NCBI GenBank assembly: GCA_964016885.1
Contig: OZ024740.1
Span: forward strand, 178,994,001 to 179,058,000
DNA length: 64,000 bases
DNA from: Eledone cirrhosa
Taxonomy: Eukaryota
Reading direction: 5' to 3'
The position numbers and the translations under genes were made by a program. Shown here piece after piece: positions 42,735-55,996 of this stretch. Position 1 is the stretch's first letter. Each line of letters starts with the position of its first letter. The notes under the pieces are model-generated. The model ran no database searches. It saw only the letters and a program-made list of their open reading frames with translations, and had not been told where the DNA came from.

Positions 42735-42944
42735 AATATATATATATATATATATATAGTTGTTATATAGTAAGGTGCATAATTGGTTTTGTAAAATGCT
42801 CCAATAACCTTATGTTAGCAATATTAAGTTCTCCACGCTTTTGTATATCTCCAATTCCAGTCAAGGGAACAGCTAGATGATGTAAAACGGAGTATAAGTA
42901 TCAAAATGAAAATCCGAAGACAAGGTAAAATTCCAATCATTTAA

Positions 42945-43018
42945 TCACGACACATGTTTCAATAAGAGATAGATCGATTGTGAAGCCATGATCGATTATC
43001 AGTGATCTCATCTGGTGA
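42945..43018 (-). ncRNA. Hammerhead-like motif with extended stem II and U4A core change
   Basis: TCAC-CAGATGA-GAT...ATT-GAAA-CATGTG-TC-GTGA with an internal ATCGAT..ATCGAT stem. Confidence 0.5.
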
Positions 43019-43720
43019 AAATGAATTGTCTTCAAATTCTTGATATGAGGGAGAAAAATAACAATGTTCTCTCACAGAATTCATTCCCTCATACGAAGAC
43101 ACACCAGTCAGATACACGACGACTGCTATTAACTTCAGTTGAGGTCATAAAAGTTTTCAGATCTCTATCGCTGCAAAAGACGCTGGACATCAATCAAATC
43201 TGTAGGGATACAGTCAGTTACAGTTAATGTTAGTGGGTACACACACATTCCACACCCACATACACCGGCTCGAGGTCAAAGAAAAATATATACATATATA
43301 TACACACATCAACACAGTATTAAACCTGTAGAGTTAGTGTGGGTGGGTAAACACACTTTCACACACACCGAGGCGATGTCCGAGAAAAAACAAATATAAG
43401 AAAACAAATATAAGAATGTAGCAACACAGCACTCACCGAAAGTTAGTTCACAAAACAACATAAGCTATATTGGTCAAATCTCAATTTGACGATGTAAATT
43501 GGAAATATTGGGTTAACCACACACACACACAAGCAAGTAAGTTCAGTTCAGTGTTCTGCTATACGTGTATAGATTGAATTGTAACATCCATATCTTCAAG
43601 AATTGTAATATCCATATCTTCAAGTGTATGTTATGGTATATACACACCCGAACCGTCCATGTATGTATATATATCCGAACCGTTTATGTATGTATATATA
43701 TATAGGGTGGGATGTACATA

Positions 43721-43796
<76 letters not shown>

Positions 43797-43808
43797 TATG
43801 TACATCCC

Positions 43809-43862
<54 letters not shown>

Positions 43863-43867
<5 letters not shown>

Positions 43868-45961
43868 CGGGATTACTGGTTGCATGAATGTAACAAAACG
43901 AGACAATGTTTGTGTATATAATATTTAATTAACGGTAGATAGAATACTTGACATGTCAAAGATAGATGTTAGAATGAAACAAAGTTAGTAGTTACCGTTT
44001 TGATTGCCAGGCAAACGCGGCTGGCAGAGGGCGCCTGGCCTTAGCCAGGCGCCTGTTGGCCAAATTAAAGGCAGAGCCAAATGAGAAGACTCTTGACCTG
44101 GTGCCGAAAAGGCAAAGAGAGAGAGGAAGCCCAAAGTTGTTAGTTTTATAGGGCTCTGACCGGAAGTTGCAGAAAGGGTTCCACTTCCCGTCTAGATCCC
44201 AATCAAAACAAGGGAGACAACCGCTACATAACCTCCCGCCAGAATTTTAGTGTATAAAAATCGAAATGAAAATATGTAGCAAGTTGGCGAGAATGTTGTA
44301 ACAGGCATGAAAATTACGACAAAAGAATGTTTGGAAAAAATCAATGATAGATATCAAGGTAGCCAACCGCTCTTGGCCAGAGAACGACTGTACATCCATC
44401 TATCCATCACCCAAAGATACAATGTAATAAAGTAAAAGTAATAAAAGAGCTCAAAGTTCAAAATATAGTTCACAGGTGTGCAATCACATGACAGCAGGAA
44501 AGAAAGTGTGTTCCAGAGAATGAATGCAGGTGGTTTCTGTTCTGTGGTACATCGTGAAATTTCCAACCTCCGAATGGATTTTCTCACAGGAAGAGTGCTG
44601 CAAAAATAAATTCTCTGGCTTTGGTGAAGCTGTGTTGATGTATTGCTGTTGCTGTTATATTTCTGTTGCTGCTGCTGTTGTCTCGCTGAGTGAGCGTATT
44701 CGGTGTTTAAATTCACAGTAAAAAAATTTTTTTTTAGAAAAAAATGAGTTGCGCAAAGTGCTAGAAATAGCAGCCGAAGTTGATGGTCGATGTTGAGAAT
44801 GCGTTGACCTGGAAGGGTCAAGAGGCCAGCGACCAGAGAAATAAGCATTCTTAATAAATGCGCGGTTATCAACGGTAAATTTACATTGTAAATTTATAAA
44901 CCGGCAAATAGAAGAATATAGCTTAAGGCTGAAGAATCCCTGGTGATAAATGGCGTGCGGCTGTCTGAGTAGAGACATCTCAGTGAATCGAGAATTTATG
45001 CTGCCTACACGTGCCAATACAAGGTTGAAAAAAAAATATTTCTAACGCGCGAGAAAATGATAGTGCAATTTTGAAAGTGACAATGATGAAAAAGAAAGGC
45101 TTCAATCAGCATAATTATAGGTGTGAACTTTTGGAAAAAAAAAAAAAAAACTTGAACGATGAAGAAAACGAAGAACAAAAGGCAATGGTTCATCGAAAAT
45201 AAATGTTCCTGTTGAAATGTTTTTTAAAGAATATCAAATTTCTTTTTTTTTTTTGGTGTTTTGAAAGAGTTCGTTGTAAGAAACGAGAAACATATATATA
45301 TATCGTGAAATGTTTTTTTTGTTTTGAAAGTGTTCGTTGTAAGAAACGAGAAACATATATATATATATATTGGTGAAATGCGACAGTTAATTGATGCGTG
45401 AGAGAAAAAGTATGTCTGTGCGAATTCCACATGTGCGTGTGTGCGTGTCCTTGAGTATTTTCATAGTTTGTCGCTAAATTTGCTGCGTATTCGTAATGTT
45501 ACTCACAAAACCAGATGTGCTATTTTTTTCTTTTTTTTGGGGGGGTGACCACTTATAGCGATGAACGGCTGCGTGTTCGTATCACGTCAGGGTTACCAAT
45601 ATAGCGAGATTACTGGTTGCATGAATGTAACAAAACGAGACAATGTTTGTGTATATAATATTTAATTAACGGTAGATAGAATACTTGACATGTCAAAGAT
45701 AGATGTTAGAATGAAACAAAGTTAGTAGTTACCGTTTTGATTGCCAGGCAAACGCGGCTGGCAGAGGGCGCCTGGCCTTAGCCAGGCGCCTGTTGGCCAA
45801 ATTAAAGGCAGAGCCAAATGAGAAGACTCTTGACCTGGTGCCGAAAAGGCAAAGAGAGAGAGGAAGCCCAAAGTTGTTAGTTTTATAGGGCTCTGACCGG
45901 AAGTTGCAGAAAGGGTTCCACTTCCCGTCTAGATCCCAATCAAAACAAGGGAGACAACCGC

Positions 45962-45965
<4 letters not shown>
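43863..45965 (-). mobile_element. Non-autonomous LTR retrotransposon (TRIM-like), 366-bp LTRs, inserted in (TA)n
   Basis: LTRs 43863-44228 and 45600-45965 (one difference seen by eye), TGTAGCG...CGCTATA ends, tRNA-Trp PBS TGGTAACCCTGACGTGAT, PPT GGCGGGAGGTTA; no pol ORF. Confidence 0.9.
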
Positions 45966-45999
<34 letters not shown>

Positions 46000-46026
46000 C
46001 ATAAACATATACATGCATATATATGC

Positions 46027-46114
<88 letters not shown>

Positions 46115-46619
46115 TCGCTTTGCCAGAATCATTAGACCGTAAGATATTGTTTCCGGGTCTGAGTTCGAATCGCACTATCATTCAATTTCCTCGTTTCGGA
46201 ATCGGTAAAGAGAGCAACTACCTCAAGGTAGAGCGGGTCAAGAAGATGTCTGTGTCTGTTCGCCACTGCATGAGCCCATAATGAAAGCATGGTACATACT
46301 ACCAAGTAAAACCCGATTGCGAATAGCACATGAAGTTTAGATTTTAATACACAACCCCCATGGACACGACTTTTACTCTTTTAATTCTCTTGCAGGTTTC
46401 CGTCTATGGACTTAGCCTATGCTGGAGCACCACTTTAAATAATCACGTGGTCATATCCACTCCATTACTGATTTCTAATCTAATACTTATTTTGCATTCA
46501 TCTATTTGCCGAAGCAATAAGATTTACGGGAGAAAAACAAGCATAAATACAGATATAGACGGATACAGACATGCAAACTCACGCACACGCACACGTAGCG
46601 AGCGATACATATAGCCTTT

Positions 46620-46745
46620 CCAATAGGCATTTGGTCAACCAAAAGATTATAGTAGAATACTTACTGAAAATGATATTCAACTGGACTGAACCCGAAACCA
46701 CATGGTTGCAAAGCAATCTTCTCAAATACACAGCCATGCCTTCAC
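46620..46745 (-). mobile_element. Second tRNA-derived SINE family (head); degenerate copy at about 31795-31900 (+)
   Basis: Minus strand AGGCATGGCTGTG..GAAGATTGCTTTGCAACCATGTGGTTTCGGGTTCAGTCC has A/B boxes. Confidence 0.55.
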
Positions 46746-47261
46746 CTATAAACACAGAAAACTATATACACATTTATTCAATCATTCAACAACTAAAAAT
46801 ACGCAAACACATATGCGCACAGAAACATTCCTTCGCACACTTTCAAACACATTCGTATATATTCACAGAAAAATTCTGTTTTAGTGATGAATTTTTTGCG
46901 CTGAAATCAACGGCAGAGAAGGTATGTGTTTAAACCGTCTTCTAGGGAACGTCTCTGTCTGAAAACAACAATGTTGGCATCATAAATCAAAGCAATTTAA
47001 TTACTTTTTCTCTGCCATGATATCAATTTAATTTTATGCTTCGCTGTCTGTTGACATACTTTTCTTTGACCTGGACAGTTCATTTTCTAAGATTTTCTAA
47101 AACACTGCCAGTTTTATACTATCTAAACTATGTTAAATTGTCAAATACACAAGTACTTTAGGTGGGTGTGTTTCGGCATTTAATCGTAACTGGAACCATT
47201 TCTTTTATAATATGAAATCAAAATACAATCAAATAACTTATAACAAAATTGTTTCTCACAC

Positions 47262-47330
<69 letters not shown>

Positions 47331-47331
47331 C

Positions 47332-47408
<77 letters not shown>
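47262..47408. repeat. (TAG)n-(CAG)n-(TAG)n microsatellite
   Basis: Direct reading. Confidence 0.95.
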
Positions 47409-48254
47409 TTAGAGATATATAAAAGCTAATAGAGCAGAACTAGTATCAGATAGTATTCCAGCTGTGACCATCCTGTCTTTATCTACATTTCACTCTCTAT
47501 TGTTCATTGTATCTATAATACACATTCAATTTCGTTCGATTCGGGAACATTACGTCAGTATATAGTATATAAGAAACATTCCAGCATCTTAGCAACCAAA
47601 ACACAAATTAATTAATGAAAAAGTAACAAAATTAAGATCAGTGTTCGATGTTTTGGGTGTTAACCCTTCGTCAAAATACAAGTAACAGATTATCATATTT
47701 AGTTACAGATAGAACATTAAAAACTATCACAATGCAATTGTAACTTAAGCAAACCTGAAAGAACAACCAAACTCCCACTGTCATCGCCTCCATCTCTCTG
47801 GTCCTCCCCATCTCTCCGTATGGTGAGCAAATGGGATCCCACGTGCTGGCCTCCCCACAGCCCCGGCGGACAGAATGCAGAAGGCGTTTCCCCGGAGGGT
47901 CAGCTGAAATTATTGAATTCAATAATTCTTAATTTATTCCTTGGTGTATTCTCGAAAACGATTTCGTTGATTTTGCGCCAGTCGCTCTTTTATTATTATT
48001 TTTTTGTCACCATAAACGCATAAAATCAGTTTGAATTTATTTTGAAGAACATTTTTTATTGTCTTTTATTCTTCCTTACTTCTTTTACTGATTTTAGTAT
48101 TGAATTTGAACGTTTTAAACAAACATAGAACACAGAAATTTCTTTTTCAAATCATGAGATTATTTTATTGAACTGTTTTTGTCGAAACTCTACGTTACAA
48201 GACATAAAGAGACTCACACACATGCGCGCGCACACACACAGACGTACATACATA

Positions 48255-48339
<85 letters not shown>

Positions 48340-49499
48340 TACCGTCTCTGTTGGTCAACACTAGCAGAGAGCGAATGAGAGCTTCGGAGAGAAACACGAA
48401 CTTTCCTATCTAAATATGTATGTAAAAACTAATAATTTTTCTTCTCCATTTTATTATTATTCGTACAAATATGCAATTTAACTGCACTTTACACTTCGGT
48501 CATTGAAAAAGCAAATAATGCTACAACCGGTACCACAATTAAATCCGGAAATTCCCACTTTATAAATAAATATTTTGATATTACACTGAAAAAATCCCTC
48601 CAGCATTTTCTACGGTTTTATTTTCCTTTTTACTATTTTTTTAATATATATATATATAAATATTGTTTTACTTATTTTTGCATTACCGGCGGTTTCAAGA
48701 AACACTTATATCAAGGCCTTCAGATGACTGTAAATAAGTAAGCAAATAAAATACGACATAGAAGTTACAGCATAGGTCTTCCGACGTTTTCCGATCTGAT
48801 TTCAAATAACAATAAAGTCAAGTTTACCATTTAAGAGCGGAGCTATTACATTGAGTAGTATATAATTTTATCGACACCAGAAGGACGTAAAGTGACATTG
48901 AACATAACTAGAACTCAGAACATAAATGGCAAAAAACTGAATGCTGCAATGCATTTTCTTCAACGTTTTATCGATTCTGTTACCCCAATATAATAATCTC
49001 ATTGATGATAATACTATTTTTTGTTTGTATATACATTATCATTGTTATCGTTGTAGTAATTATTTCTTATCCAGCTTAAATTTAGGATATTACGAAGAGG
49101 GATTTCTGTGTTCTGAATGTAATTGTCAACACAAACAGATACAGACATAAGCCGAAAGAGAAAACAAGCATCCCAGTATCAATAATTTATCTATTCAGCC
49201 ATCTGTCAATATATTTATATGCTCCATTGTTTATAATTTTCTTTTCAGTTGCACAAAATATCTCTTTTAATCCTAAACACATCACAGCAAGAATACAGTG
49301 ACAGCTTTAACATAATCCTTTTATTCGAATCTTTCAATCTATGACAAAGACAAACAAGGATTTCTAGCAATATTCCTGAAACAAGGTAGATATTTTAGAT
49401 ATTTTGAAAGATATCAGTTATTCTGGATTTAAGGCATTTAGTATATCTGGCAGATATAATATATACTGGATTTAAAATATTTAGAATATCTCTATCTAA

Positions 49500-49532
<33 letters not shown>

Positions 49533-49780
49533 AATCTATTTATATATTTATCTATCTCTTCCCATATATATATAATATATATATATATAGTAATAATAAT
49601 AAATTTGAAGACTAAAATCCAAAGAAAGCTCGATAAGGATAAATATATATCAAATATATAAGAACCGTAGAGCAAATATTTATTAAAATAACAGATTAAA
49701 GTTTAAGCAAAGAATCACTGTTTCAGAAGATCCCGTTAAGGGTGAAAGCATCGATTCTTTGCTTAAACTTTAATCTGTTA

Positions 49781-49830
<50 letters not shown>

Positions 49831-50245
49831 CGAAGGAAGTATGGTCACCAGGTGGACCATAATGCACCAAAGTACACGATACTGGGTAGTTGAGTGGATA
49901 ATAGGAAAAGAGTCAGGACCGATATATATATATATATATTGCGTTATGGTCCACCTGGTTACTTACCACACTTCCTTCGTTTTATATATATATATATATA
50001 CTGTTCTATAATATCCCCCACACACACATGTCCACATTTATACACATGTGACCCCTCAAATTTCAAAATACACAAAGATTATCACTCCTTCAAAACCTTC
50101 TGTAATATCTAAGATCATTCTGACTAGCACTTCCCGAAAATGGGTGAGTGAAGACACACAGGATTTTTCTCAAAAATTTGTTTACCCCTTTCTTTCTCTT
50201 TTCACTCTTGCCTATCTTTCTATTTGTTTTTTATTTCTCATTCTA

Positions 50246-50281
50246 TCTTCCGATGAAGGACTTGCGTCCGAAAGGGTAAGG
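50246..50281 (+). ncRNA. Degenerate hammerhead, same family as 4482-4517
   Basis: TCTT-CCGATGA-A-GGAC ttgc GTCC-GAAA-GGGT-AAGG. Confidence 0.6.
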
Positions 50282-50370
50282 CTCTTTTTTCCTACTATAT
50301 CAAGCGTTGAACGAAGATATATTTTCATAGCTCAGTTTTGTTTATTATATTCCTTTACGTTTATTTATCG

Positions 50371-50428
<58 letters not shown>

Positions 50429-50433
<5 letters not shown>

Positions 50434-50977
50434 CGAAATCTGTCCACACCTTGAACCTTGGATGACACCTAAAGGTCAAACTTTAGGTCACCACCCTTTT
50501 GGTGTGAACAGGTTCATGCGTGGACTATCCCCTCAAGGTGGGAGACAGAAAGCGACAGGTATATAAAGCCTGTATCATCCCAGGTTTATACAGAGAGATA
50601 GGAGCATTATGCTAGCAACAAACTATGTAAAGATTCACCGCTACCTTCAGACACCAGAGGTGTACGGACATACAGAGAGATCGGATCACCACGATACAGA
50701 TTAGCTATGTGAAAGATTCACCGCTATCTACAGGCCACAGTGGACTACAGTCAACTACAGACCATTATCTCTCTCTCTTGGCGCAGACTAAATCAGCCTC
50801 ATGAACCAACAACAAAAATATCATTGTCAACCTTTGCAAATCGTGGTGATATGTTTATTGTTCTTTTTGACTCAAGTGAAGTAAACCTTTATATATAAAC
50901 TAAATCTTTATTCTTGTTATTTCATTTAATAACCGTGTTAATCCATCAAACAACTTCTAACTTTACCCTTCGTTAGA
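50429..50977 (+). mobile_element. Probable solo LTR
   Basis: TGTGGCGAA...TTCGTTAGA imperfect terminal IR, TATA box GTATATAAAG (about 50559), AGTAAA (about 50880), internal direct repeats; no partner LTR in window. Confidence 0.55.
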
Positions 50978-52607
<1,630 letters not shown>

Positions 52608-52832
52608 GGGGTAACAGATAATAGTTATGTGCAGTCCACTTAGGTGTAGTCCAGTTATGGTATTCCAGGTAGTGGATGATATCAACGCTTGGCTTGGTTT
52701 GACTCAACAAGGCGTTTTCATAGTGATGTTGCGTGTATGCTGTAATTCCTATGTTGTAAACACTTGGAGTAATAATAAATCAGGAAAGAAGATTGACACG
52801 GTTTGCTATACAAAAAAGGTTTTTAATCTCAT

Positions 52833-52940
52833 TGCTGACAATTGTTTCTCTGAACTGGTAGGTCTAGAGATCGCTATTCGCTTGTTTTCACGTTACTCGA
52901 TCGCCAATACAAAATTATAACTAGTCAGTTCTTCGGAGCA
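52833..52940 (-). ncRNA. Hammerhead with about 81-nt stem II (pLTR copy 1)
   Basis: Reverse complement of 54634-54741. Confidence 0.65.
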
Positions 52941-53688
52941 TTCGAGAATGAAGAGAATATACAGGCATAAAAGGAATATACAGGCTACTATATGAAGTAG
53001 TAATGGCATTCAGTTAGAACAATAACAACAATTACAACAATGCTATTAATAAATTATTTGAGGAGACCCTGACATTACATTAGGTGGGGGGTATAGTGTA
53101 TCTAAGATTTCGGCGTGTAAAACTAGCTGACATGAAGCAGAAGTAATAGTTTGGCATGTACGGAGTGTCGTAGGGTGTATTGTATCAATTTTAAAGATAA
53201 GCCGGTGTTTACAGTCTTTCTTTTCATCTTCAATAACATACATGAATGGGACAACACTGTCAAAGCTAAATAGTGGGCGAGTTAATACAGAGGTTAAGGA
53301 GGTAATACACATATATATATATATATACATATACACACACATATATATACATATACACACACGCATGTGTACATAGACACATACATACACATCAATATAC
53401 ACTCGTACAAAAATATACATACATGCAAAGAGATAAGCGTGCTGATTGTAATTATGGCAAAAGGAAGGTAAAGTTACATTGTAGTAGTGATTTGAGAAAT
53501 ACTTGGATTTAGGATCAAGTGATGGCAGCAGCTGAGAAGGAATAAGTTTATGGGTTGATGAGGTACTTACATACATTTGTGTGGTATAGACCTGTGAAGG
53601 CTAGAGTGTACTTAATGAGTATATTTCTGTGGTGATTTATGCAGGGTAGTGGGTATCCTAGTTTAAAGCTATGTTGTGTTGGTTCGAT

Positions 53689-54393
53689 TCACGGAGGTTT
53701 GAATCTTATGAATTTAGTGGCAATTCTATGTCTGCAGAAGATAGATCTTTCTAACTTATTGTTAAGTAGCCTTTTTACATTTTTGAGGATATACATTAGT
53801 TCTAGATCACATAGCCCGCAGTGGGACATACCTGTACTATAGGTTTTAGCAGCCGACAACTTCGACCAGTTAATACTGTAGTTAGTGCTGCTGTCCTTCA
53901 GTTCCCATATTTTTTTGGCGAGGGTTGTGGAACCCATAAGTGCACGGTTTTTCATTGAGTGCCTGTGCACATACCATCTTTTTTTAAAAGAACCCGCGGT
54001 GGATCCTATGTAATTCCAGGTGGAGTTATCCGAGATGACCGTGCACATGTATACTAGGCTCGAATCGAGACATCTGTTCGCCAATGGGCACCTATCTCGT
54101 AGGTGACAGTTACAGTTTGAGGCGCTATTTTGTGCAGCTTCTACACTCCTGTTTAGTACTCTGTTATAAGTAGGCTGTGATATATGCCCATTGGGGTTTT
54201 GCTGCTGCGCGTTTGTATGCGATTGCGGTTGTGATGTTGTGATGTGTTTATGCTTATAATTTGGTGCTACGTTATGTATAGGTGCGGTTGATTTACTAGA
54301 GATATTTCTGTGGTTGATCCTGCGTATGTGTGATTCTATATTTCCTGCTGTCGAGTATGAGAGTTTTATAGTAAATCTATTGAGTATTTTGTG
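53689..54393 (-). CDS. PLE thumb/linker plus GIY-YIG endonuclease (open, 5'-truncated)
   Basis: IKLSYST..NIESHI..IN, CNCHLRDRCPLANRCL, LVYMC, YIGSTAGSFKKRWYVH, CGLCDLE, LLNNK..CRH. Confidence 0.88.
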   Translation of the reverse strand, partial: HKILNRFTIKLSYSTAGNIESHIRRINHRNISSKSTAPIHNVAPNYKHKHITTSQPQSHTNAQQQNPNGHISQPTYNRVLNRSVEAAQNSASNCNCHLRDRCPLANRCLDSSLVYMCTVISDNSTWNYIGSTAGSFKKRWYVHRHSMKNRALMGSTTLAKKIWELKDSSTNYSINWSKLSAAKTYSTGMSHCGLCDLELMYILKNVKRLLNNKLERSIFCRHRIATKFIRFKPP

Positions 54394-54633
54394 ATACACC
54401 CTACGACACTCCGTACATGCCAAACTTTTACTTCTGCTTCATGTCAGCTAGTTTTACACGCCGAAATCTTAGATACACTATACCCCCCACCTAATGTAAT
54501 GTCAGGGTCTCCTCAAATAATTTATTAATAGCATTGTTGTAATTGTTGTTATTGTTCTAACTGAATGCCATTACTACTTCATATAGTAGCCTGTATATTC
54601 CTTTTATGTCTGTATATTCTCTTCATTCTCGCA

Positions 54634-54741
54634 TGCTCCGAAGAACTGACTGGTTATAATTTTGTATTGGCGATCGAGTAACGTGAAAACAAGCGAATAG
54701 CGATCTCTAGACCTACCAGTTCAGAGAAACAATTGTCAGCA
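54634..54741 (+). ncRNA. Hammerhead with about 81-nt stem II (inverted pLTR copy)
   Basis: TGCT-CCGAAGA-aCTGACTGG...CCAGtTCAGa-GAAA-CAATTG-TC-AGCA. Confidence 0.65.
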
Positions 54742-54793
54742 ATGAGATTAAAAACCTTTTTTGTATAGCAAACCATGTCAATCTTCTTTCCTG

Positions 54794-54863
<70 letters not shown>

Positions 54864-54866
54864 ATA

Positions 54867-54931
<65 letters not shown>

Positions 54932-55064
54932 ATATATATATATATTTATATATATATATATATTGATATATATATATATTTATATATATATATATTGATA
55001 TATATATATTGATATATTTATATATATTGATATATTTATATATATATATTTATATATATATATA

Positions 55065-55181
55065 GTGACAATTATTGACATATAGTGCTGGGCCCATGGT
55101 ACCATGTGACGACAAGTGCAGAGAGATCTCCAGATATAAAGCACATACATACATACATACATACATACATACATACATACA

Positions 55182-55212
<31 letters not shown>

Positions 55213-55425
55213 GGTGGCTGCCAACTCGTTTTCGAGTACGGCCACTACTTTATATCCATGTAGGAGGACCCCTACCGATGCGCTGAACGAGTGTGACTTT
55301 TCAGTCCGGCCAGCGACTTGAAAACCCCGGTACAAACACTACACATGTGACAATTATTGACACATAGTACTGGGCCCATGGTACCATGTGACGACAAGTG
55401 CAGAGAGATCTCCAGATATAAAGCA
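55065..55425. repeat. 79-bp direct repeat (55065-55143 and 55347-55425)
   Basis: GTGACAATTATTGACA...AGATCTCCAGATATAAAGCA, 2 mismatches. Confidence 0.9.
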
Positions 55426-55822
55426 ATGCCTGTGCCGTGAAGTTTTTATAGTGAGCAAAGGCACTGCACAAAGCCAGTCCCACTCTCTTAACCAAGATGA
55501 TATTTACCAAAAAGAAGAACAAGTTAACATCATTGGATATCATCAGGGTTGCAGGTGTGATATCAGAGTTTTCCTTCTCCTAGAATTCTGCCTTGACAAA
55601 GGCTAAGGGGTCATCTCTCCCGGTGATTTTGGATGGCCATTGACTCTTAAGAGCTCCTTTGCCCTTTGACAGGTTTTGTTTTTAGTCCTGCAGGATGTCC
55701 AAAGTCACCCTCCTCACCAAGAAACCTTGGTGGGGTTGCCAGTTTAGTCGCCAACGACCCGACCATGGGACAGGTTGTACTGGGATACATGTTACCAGTA
55801 GCACCAACTGGTGACCTGACAT
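55212..55822 (-). mobile_element. LINE (probably RTE) 5'-UTR fragment between (CATA)n tracts
   Basis: GC-richer block with GAGGAGGGT..GGACATCC..TAAAA segment reminiscent of RTE 5' UTRs; homologous to 29880-30010. Confidence 0.5.
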
Positions 55823-55962
55823 AATATACATACATACATATATACATACATACACATATATATACATACATACATACATATATACATACATACATATACT
55901 TATACATACATACATACATACATACATACATACATACATACATACATACATACATACATACA

Positions 55963-55994
<32 letters not shown>

Positions 55995-55996
55995 CA

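Noticed and set aside
44354-45017. ORFs inside the LTR element as gag
   Set aside because: No convincing gag or zinc-knuckle motif; interrupted by homopolymers.
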